DNA from: a virus
Taxonomy: Duplodnaviria > Caudoviricetes
Length of the DNA stretch: 51,424 bases
Strand: one strand, 5' to 3'
IMG/VR virus record: IMGVR_UViG_3300033486_000003
Coordinates: 1 to 51,424 of that record
A program made the position numbers and the translations under genes. Positions 45,191 through 51,424 of this stretch are shown here, piece after piece. The notes beneath the pieces are model-generated. The model searched no databases. It was not told where the DNA came from and saw only the letters and a list, made by a program, of their open reading frames with translations. Positions within the stretch are counted from its first letter, which is position 1; each line of letters opens with the position of its first letter.

Positions 45191-46825
45191 TTATATCTGC
45201 GTCTGTGCCATGTCTTTCTGCGCTCCGGCCAAGTCTCTAGCCACAGTTGCGCCCTGCTGCATGGCGGATAGTATCTGTGCCGATTGTTGCTGCTGCTGGT
45301 CCTGCTCTATCATCTTGGAAACTTCCGCTTCGGTATTTAACCAGCCAGCCGGAACCCCGACACCTGACAGTGCATCTCTCAATGCCGTCCCCGCCTTAAC
45401 AACATGACGAGTCGAAGGATCAAGGGCTATGGCATCAGCAAGCAACGCCTTGGCCTCCAGCCACTTCTGGCCCTTCTGCTGATCAATTACGTCGTTGAGC
45501 GGGCTTTCAAACTGGAACTCGATCTCCATTCCACGCATTGCTGAAGGCCAATCTAGCGGAGAACCAAAGGCCCCGTGACGCATCATCAGGTTAAAGGTCT
45601 CCTCGCAGAGCGCGGCATTGTACTCCTGCTCCATCGGCTCGAAGATGGGTAGAGCGTTGCGGATGTACTCTTGAACAATTTGCCCAGCTTGGAACGCTGT
45701 CATTTGCGGATCGGATGTAGGATTAAACGGAGTGAGCTTATTGAGGAAAAATGCTTCCTTGATCATCATACGGGTATCTTGGAGCATTTGCATTCCGTAG
45801 TTGATCCCACGGAAATCTTGGGAAATTGGGCGCAGAACTTCGCCAAGACGTTCGTCATACTCCTGATCAACCCATGTAATGCCACCAGCATAAGCGGCAA
45901 CATCTGAGCGGATGGCGTCGGCGGTTGCTATCAACGGTGGTCTAGCGGCCTTCTCCCCGACTTCCAGCATGGTGAATGCCATGGCCTGTATCAGGCGGGC
46001 ATCTGGCAAAGCGGCGACTACGGCAGGTGAATATGCGTACTGCGATCCAATGAGGCTCCACCTTGGGATGATGTAATGCTTTCCCCAAATAGGCGTTGCT
46101 TCAATGACCACGCTGTATTTCTGGTCCCACCAGATCGACCATCGTGGTCGACCTTTTGGGTTTTCGTCGTACATCTCCGCATCCATAACCATGTGCATGA
46201 CTTCGTGTTCATCAAACGGTTTATTATCAACATCTTTTTGCAATTCCGGGTGTAGCTTGTCTTTGCCGAAAGTACCGGCCAGCACTTGAAGAGTGGTTTT
46301 CCATTTACGGCAAACAAAGCCTATCTGGCCTTCCGAGTTCTCCTGCCAAGCCAAATCCCGAAGATGCCATGCCCTGAACAGCAGGCCATCGGCATTCTTG
46401 TTCGGTTCGACGCTGATGCAGGCCTGTCCAAACGCAGCGAAGTCATGATCCCCTTCTTTTGTGGCGCGGGTAAACATAGCCGCTGGATCGTACATGGCAC
46501 GGCGCTGCACTTGCTCGAACCACTCCAGGTGTGCGCGTACCTCTGTGTCGTCCGCGTCCTTCTCAGAGAATTTGCGCTTGAGATGGAACCACGGGCGGGC
46601 CTTCGGCCTCAACATGGAGCCTATCTGGTTTCCAAGGTCTCGACGACAAATCACGGGAAAGGACGACATCAGGTTAGAAGCGAAGTCCGCCCCGATGGAT
46701 CGAGAAACGGTAAAGTCCGCCCGTTCAGGATAGAAGTTCTCGGCAATCTCTTGATGGAGGCTGTTGAGCGGGCCCTTCTTCTGGAACAGTGTGGCCGCCA
46801 GCCCGGCCAGGTCTTTGGCGTTCAT
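45191..46825 (-). CDS. Portal (head-to-tail connector)
   Basis: EIAENFYP, PWF, PRW....YAYSP...ALPD, MTAFQ, FESPL. Confidence 0.9.
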   Translation of the reverse strand: MNAKDLAGLAATLFQKKGPLNSLHQEIAENFYPERADFTVSRSIGADFASNLMSSFPVICRRDLGNQIGSMLRPKARPWFHLKRKFSEKDADDTEVRAHLEWFEQVQRRAMYDPAAMFTRATKEGDHDFAAFGQACISVEPNKNADGLLFRAWHLRDLAWQENSEGQIGFVCRKWKTTLQVLAGTFGKDKLHPELQKDVDNKPFDEHEVMHMVMDAEMYDENPKGRPRWSIWWDQKYSVVIEATPIWGKHYIIPRWSLIGSQYAYSPAVVAALPDARLIQAMAFTMLEVGEKAARPPLIATADAIRSDVAAYAGGITWVDQEYDERLGEVLRPISQDFRGINYGMQMLQDTRMMIKEAFFLNKLTPFNPTSDPQMTAFQAGQIVQEYIRNALPIFEPMEQEYNAALCEETFNLMMRHGAFGSPLDWPSAMRGMEIEFQFESPLNDVIDQQKGQKWLEAKALLADAIALDPSTRHVVKAGTALRDALSGVGVPAGWLNTEAEVSKMIEQDQQQQQSAQILSAMQQGATVARDLAGAQKDMAQTQI

Positions 46826-47058
46826 CCGAGTGTCTCGTTTTGAGTAAGGATGGTCGATGCTCTACCTTTTCTAGCCATCTGAGCAGCGATTGATTTTCGC
46901 TTTGCAAGTTTTGATGCGGCATCATTTAACATCGGCATCTCAAGAGGTTTTTCTGGAACGACCGCCGTAGACGGATTTTCTTTTCCGATTCCCATTACAG
47001 AACCAACAACCGTTTCCCCGAAAACACCGCTAACAACTTTTCCAAGATCATCGCTCAT
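46822..47058 (-). CDS. Small pre-portal protein
   Basis: Ends GRASTILT..ETLG, typical of this position. Confidence 0.7.
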   Translation of the reverse strand: MSDDLGKVVSGVFGETVVGSVMGIGKENPSTAVVPEKPLEMPMLNDAASKLAKRKSIAAQMARKGRASTILTQNETLG

Positions 47059-48689
47059 TTATATCTCCTTGCGGTGAGAGGCTCGCGGCCCGTTTGTACG
47101 TTGTTTGTTATGCCGCGCTTTTTGCGGTCGTTTGAGTGCATCCATTCCAGCGCGTGAGTTGTTTCCTTGGGGCCTGCCCACCAGGCCATTACCACGGCGT
47201 CGGCTTCGTCTGGCGAGAATCCTAACTTTGCCTTTACCCCGCCGCGCACTTTCCCGACCGTGTCATATTTAACTTTTGGCTCAACTTTTATCCCCTGATG
47301 AGATGCCTCAAATGTCGGTGCTGTCAACCCCGCCAATAGGCGATTATCAGGTGGCAATGAAATCGGCGAACCTCCCGATTGGTTTGGGTCTAGCGCCTCA
47401 CGAAACAGCCAGTACGCCGCGCTACGCACGTTCGGAAATGGTAGGCTTCCATCTCTGGATCGGCGCGTAGTACCTTCACTTCCCTTATATCCAATCGTCT
47501 CTATTTCATTGTCTTTCAGATGCTCATATAGAGGGCCGCCATACCCGCCGCCAAGGTCAACCACGATCAGCGCCTGATCCCGTCGCGTGGCCAGCACCAA
47601 GCCCGCTGCATACGCTCCGGCCTTGTCTTGCGGAATATCTTTCCCTGGCGTTTTGATGAACGGAGCGTACCAACCATCATAGCGAGGAGCCTGAACCATG
47701 GGGTCATCACCACCGCCAGAACAATCAACGCCGATTGCGCACATAGGTACATTTTGTGGCGGAGTGTCAGTCCAACGAGCCATGGCGGCGCGTACCCATT
47801 CTGTTGGGATACATTGATTTGCGGCGTCCTTCATGCCTGCCGTAAATTTTCCATACAGCAACTGGGACCGCAGCGGCTCTGGCAATGACTGCAATTGGGC
47901 GCGGTATTCTGGCGTATTTCGATATGGATTATCTTCAAGGCTGGCGGGTATAAAAGTGTAGGACTTGGCTGTATAGAATTCGCCATCTACCTCGTATTCG
48001 CCAGGCCCTTCAACCCACACCATCTGCCCTTCGCCGTCTCGCGTCACATAGACTGCCCAGCGCAATTCACCGGGGCTGGCTGGATTGGGAAATTTATCAT
48101 CAAGCCAAGGGGCGAACCATTTAAGCAGCCACAACCCATCCGTGGTGCGAGGAGGATTTGAACCCAACACAACGCGAGTTCGTTTGCCAGGTGGGGCGCG
48201 TAACCACGCAATGATCTGCGCAATCTGCATTTCAAGGAACTCGCCAGCCTCGTCAAATCCCATGTAGTCGCGTTCACGGCCGGCGTGATCTATCCAACTA
48301 TCCGGGTCTTTCATCCCTGCGAGTTTGATGGTTTTACCATTTGGCCAGGTCCATTCCAAATCCTGACCATTGAAGCTGGCTACCGATCCAATAATCTTTT
48401 TTCCTTCTTTCTCAAGGCCGTCGGTTTGGGTTCTTTCGCGGCGAAAGATGATGCCGCTATCTGATTCATTAACGGCCCACCCTAATTCAAGATGAGTTTT
48501 GCCGCCGCCTGCCTGACCTCCGTACAGAAGCACATCGGCCCGTGACATATACGCATCGGTCTGAGGTCCGGGGTTAGGAAGCCACTTCATTTTCTTGGTG
48601 GCCTCGACGGCCTGATGAGCCAATTCAGCACGCTGCTTTTCAGGCAGTGCGCCGAGTCGGCTTATCATTTCGTCGAGAACGTTGGACAC
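47055..48689 (-). CDS. terL: Terminase large subunit
   Basis: YGGQAGGGKT Walker A, FDEA Walker B, IGVD nuclease motif, SPDEADA. Confidence 0.92.
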   Translation of the reverse strand: MSNVLDEMISRLGALPEKQRAELAHQAVEATKKMKWLPNPGPQTDAYMSRADVLLYGGQAGGGKTHLELGWAVNESDSGIIFRRERTQTDGLEKEGKKIIGSVASFNGQDLEWTWPNGKTIKLAGMKDPDSWIDHAGRERDYMGFDEAGEFLEMQIAQIIAWLRAPPGKRTRVVLGSNPPRTTDGLWLLKWFAPWLDDKFPNPASPGELRWAVYVTRDGEGQMVWVEGPGEYEVDGEFYTAKSYTFIPASLEDNPYRNTPEYRAQLQSLPEPLRSQLLYGKFTAGMKDAANQCIPTEWVRAAMARWTDTPPQNVPMCAIGVDCSGGGDDPMVQAPRYDGWYAPFIKTPGKDIPQDKAGAYAAGLVLATRRDQALIVVDLGGGYGGPLYEHLKDNEIETIGYKGSEGTTRRSRDGSLPFPNVRSAAYWLFREALDPNQSGGSPISLPPDNRLLAGLTAPTFEASHQGIKVEPKVKYDTVGKVRGGVKAKLGFSPDEADAVVMAWWAGPKETTHALEWMHSNDRKKRGITNNVQTGREPLTARRYK

Positions 48690-49471
48690 TATTCGGCCCT
48701 TACCTCATTCCCGGTCTTGCCCATCGTCGGCATGATCCAGGTCTGGGTTGTGATCCATGTATCAATCATGTACTTCAAATCATCCAATGCGCCTGCCAAG
48801 AAAGCGGATTCGTTATTAGCCTGTTGCGCCCGCTGATCTGCGGCGCTCTTTCGCGCCAGCAACTCGTTGCGCCGGGCGGTTAGTTTGACCATCATCGGGG
48901 AGTTTTCCGAAACTCCATACATATAGGCAGGCTGGAGAATATCAGACTCAGGCGGAACCGTGACCTTGATGCCGCGCTGTACTGCCAATGTGATGAAATA
49001 CTGACATCCAGCACGCTGATAGCCGTACTCCTCATGAGCGGACATATCGACACCCCACATACCGATCTCAGTAACTCCTGGGGTTTCGAGAGCCATAGCC
49101 CACATCCATGAGAGAGATGAGGTGAAAAAATATGGACCGTATTTTTCCATCAGTTCATTAATCGGGATAGCCCGCGCATTCGGAATCTCAATAGGAAGAT
49201 TTAGGTCCATGTGAGGCGTTTCGCCAGCCATAAATACCGGACCTTTGAATCGAGTCAGGAACTCGACGTACTCGGGGGTGAACCATGCCTGTCCAGTACC
49301 GAGATGTCCTGGAATCTGTGGTTCCCACCGATGAGCCTCAAACCATGCATGAGCATGAGGGCCTGCGTAAGCATACGCTCCAGGAGAGCACCCCCAAATC
49401 TGCCATTCTGGATCACCGTAGGGAGCCAATCGTACCGAACTTGGGGCGCTTCCAATAAGTGCTATTTTCAT
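48689..49471 (-). CDS. Candidate glycosyltransferase (Maf/GT42/GT29-like motifs)
   Basis: KIALIGSAPS at the N-terminus, FTSS...MA, EIGMWGVDM; GGAGGAGG RBS before ATG 49471. Confidence 0.55.
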   Translation of the reverse strand: MKIALIGSAPSSVRLAPYGDPEWQIWGCSPGAYAYAGPHAHAWFEAHRWEPQIPGHLGTGQAWFTPEYVEFLTRFKGPVFMAGETPHMDLNLPIEIPNARAIPINELMEKYGPYFFTSSLSWMWAMALETPGVTEIGMWGVDMSAHEEYGYQRAGCQYFITLAVQRGIKVTVPPESDILQPAYMYGVSENSPMMVKLTARRNELLARKSAADQRAQQANNESAFLAGALDDLKYMIDTWITTQTWIMPTMGKTGNEVRAE

Positions 49472-49493
49472 AAAATCCCTCCTCCAGGAATTA

Positions 49494-49973
49494 CTATGTT
49501 GATGTTGAAAGTGTAAAACCGCTGGCTTGTGACGATGTACCACTCGTCAGGCCAATGGCCAGCCACATTGATGTGGTCATCCCTACCAGTGAAATGGCAC
49601 CGCCAAGACTGGAAATTTTTACAGTCGTAAATGATGATCCGACTGTGCTGACGATTGTCTCACTGTTCGCCGTTTTTACATAAACAGGACCGTTATCAAT
49701 CGGGCCGCAAATGACTTTGCTAACGCCTGGTACTGGAGGATCGAGAGTATATACCGCACTCGATGCCGCGCTAGTGCCGGGCAAATAGCTATACCCATAC
49801 GGATCGACATTTGCAGATGTGGAATCATCAGTTGACGTTTCCAATCTGATGTCCTTCGGTCCGACAATAAAATCCATCGTCCCTTTCCCGCCTGTTTGCT
49901 TTGTGCTGGCCACCTGCAATCCTAGTCTTCGACCGTGGACGCTTGTGGTCATGTACAGCCATTTGTATGACAT
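49494..49973 (-). CDS. Ser/Thr-rich putative virion protein
   Basis: About 30% Ser+Thr by manual count; beta-rich pattern. Confidence 0.65.
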   Translation of the reverse strand: MSYKWLYMTTSVHGRRLGLQVASTKQTGGKGTMDFIVGPKDIRLETSTDDSTSANVDPYGYSYLPGTSAASSAVYTLDPPVPGVSKVICGPIDNGPVYVKTANSETIVSTVGSSFTTVKISSLGGAISLVGMTTSMWLAIGLTSGTSSQASGFTLSTST

Positions 49974-50035
49974 GATATTCCCCTTTATAGTTGCTGTTGC
50001 TTCGGGTTTCCGGTGCCTCCGGATCGGCCTCGCTC

Positions 50036-50227
50036 CTATTTATGCATTTTGCTCAGCGTTCTGGCTAGGTTCACACGTTTCTTTGTTGTGGCATTCCCAT
50101 GTGAAGCAAGTTTACCTAGCACTGTTTCAGATAATGGAGCGTTGCCTTTTATGAGCTTTTCTCGCTTTGCGGTCTCGCGCAATGCTCCAGGGTGTTTAAT
50201 CGCACCTTTGATCCAGTTTTTCGCCAT
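50036..50227 (-). CDS. Small basic protein
   Basis: MAKNWIKGAIKHPGAL...KRVNLARTL; GAGGG RBS. Confidence 0.7.
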   Translation of the reverse strand: MAKNWIKGAIKHPGALRETAKREKLIKGNAPLSETVLGKLASHGNATTKKRVNLARTLSKMHK

Positions 50228-50229
50228 GA

Positions 50230-50553
50230 TTATCGACCCTCTCCAGGAGTCGCATAGATCGAACCTGTTCCAGATGACAATGAAACTGCCATGTAGGTGG
50301 CCCCCCCTGGAGTTACGACGCGTTCAACTCCAGGGGCTATCATGTAGCCAGGCGCTGCGGCTGCGGTTGTTGGGAATGTTGACGTGGCTGTCACGTCTCC
50401 AAAAACAACACTCGCCCAAGACGCGCTAGCATTGCTTATGCTGACTTGAGGGGTCGCTCCAGTGATGCCGAGAGCCATGTTCGTACTTGCGGTCGATGCG
50501 GCAATCTTGATCGTGTCGCCGCTTGCGTGGAACGCCTTGTCTGAAAAGCTCAT
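50230..50553 (-). CDS. Ser/Thr-rich putative virion protein
   Basis: About 27% Ser+Thr; ends IYATPGEG; AGGAG RBS. Confidence 0.7.
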   Translation of the reverse strand: MSFSDKAFHASGDTIKIAASTASTNMALGITGATPQVSISNASASWASVVFGDVTATSTFPTTAAAAPGYMIAPGVERVVTPGGATYMAVSLSSGTGSIYATPGEGR

Positions 50554-50562
50554 GATTGTCTC

Positions 50563-51424
50563 CTAACTGAAGTATTCTTCCCAGCGCGCCGACATTGAAA
50601 CGTCGCTGGCATTTGCTGATTGGGCGGTAATAGTAAATTTCTCGCCAGGCTGCAATTCGAGGTGAAAATGCCCTGCCCCCACGTCGATAGCACGGCTGTC
50701 TACCTTTGCTAGACTTATTGGGAATTCCAACTTCCCGCCGCTGAACGACGTTGACGAGGTATCTGCGGCGATGATCGAATTCGCGGTACTAACGGGGACG
50801 GCGTTATACGATGTTGAAAGTGTCGCATTTGAGTATCCCCGAAACGTCACACTTTTTACCCCATCGGTCACGAACGATAAAAATACAGCCTCGGCCTGAA
50901 CGGTGTTGGGCTTGCCTTGGAATATTGAGACATTTTCAAACGTGCCGAGATATGTCTCTACTCCGGCGACTAGCGTCTTTGTCGGCAATTCTCCCGCGAA
51001 TATTCGATGTCCCGCGTGAGAGTGAACGCCTGCCGTGTATCCAGCGTTCCATGATCCAGATCCAACCGTCACAGCCCCAGCGCCAGCGGTTCTCCCAGCC
51101 TCGATTGCGATGTTGAATGAGGGATTTGAGAATGAAACAGCGTCGGTTGTGTTGGTCCCATCGAATACATGGCATGTGATCCATCCGTCCCTATAACCTG
51201 AATATACCTGACAGATGATCGGAGCAACCCCCAGCCAGCCGAACATGAAACGGTATTGATTCAGTTTTGTCGGATCGAGTGTGAATTTTGAAATACCTGT
51301 GCCATCGCACTTGTCAACGTTCCATGCCGACTGGGCCACAAATTCATCGGTCGAATTATTCCGGTAAAGTATCCCGAAGGTGGTCCCGGAGCGGCCAAAC
51401 ATGAGTCGATCTTCTGCGGTTCTC
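50563..51424 (-). CDS. 3' part of the origin-spanning 416-aa putative virion protein
   Basis: WNVDKCDGTG..FTLDPTKLN.Y.F.FGWLG; frame continues to ATG at 516. Confidence 0.8.
   Translation of the reverse strand, partial: RTAEDRLMFGRSGTTFGILYRNNSTDEFVAQSAWNVDKCDGTGISKFTLDPTKLNQYRFMFGWLGVAPIICQVYSGYRDGWITCHVFDGTNTTDAVSFSNPSFNIAIEAGRTAGAGAVTVGSGSWNAGYTAGVHSHAGHRIFAGELPTKTLVAGVETYLGTFENVSIFQGKPNTVQAEAVFLSFVTDGVKSVTFRGYSNATLSTSYNAVPVSTANSIIAADTSSTSFSGGKLEFPISLAKVDSRAIDVGAGHFHLELQPGEKFTITAQSANASDVSMSARWEEYFS
51298..51424. repeat. Terminal direct repeat identical to 1-127
   Basis: Exact match. Confidence 0.95.

Overview
The window is an apparently complete, circularly permuted phage genome. Bases 1-127 are identical to 51298-51424, giving a unit length of 51,297 bp. 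It looks like a podovirus of the epsilon15/BPP-1 type, probably infecting a Proteobacterium. The minus-strand virion and lysis module (about 25.2-51.4 kb, continuing across the join to 1.7 kb) holds a P22-like TerS, capsid staple, TerL, portal, scaffold, capsid, tail tube A/B, ejection proteins, tail fibre and endolysin. Divergent early arms start near 10 kb and carry SSB, an intein-containing SF2 helicase, CsrA, an annealing protein, an adenine MTase, NinB and a RuvC-like nuclease. I recognise no integrase, DNA polymerase or primase. Two unusual systems stand out. (1) A 9-gene pseudaminic-acid-type (nonulosonic acid) biosynthesis operon at 19.0-25.0 kb, plus a Maf/GT42-like candidate transferase placed among Ser/Thr-rich putative virion proteins between terS and terL. 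Together these suggest phage-encoded glycosylation of the virion with a sialic-acid-like sugar. (2) Two arrays of integron attC-like sites (five complete, plus half-sites) separate small accessory genes, yet the genome has no integron integrase. The sites are inverted relative to their ORFs and share a CCAC(C)GRA loop motif. Several candidate structured RNAs and a shared late-promoter motif are also visible. All calls come from reading motifs by eye; no database searches were run.
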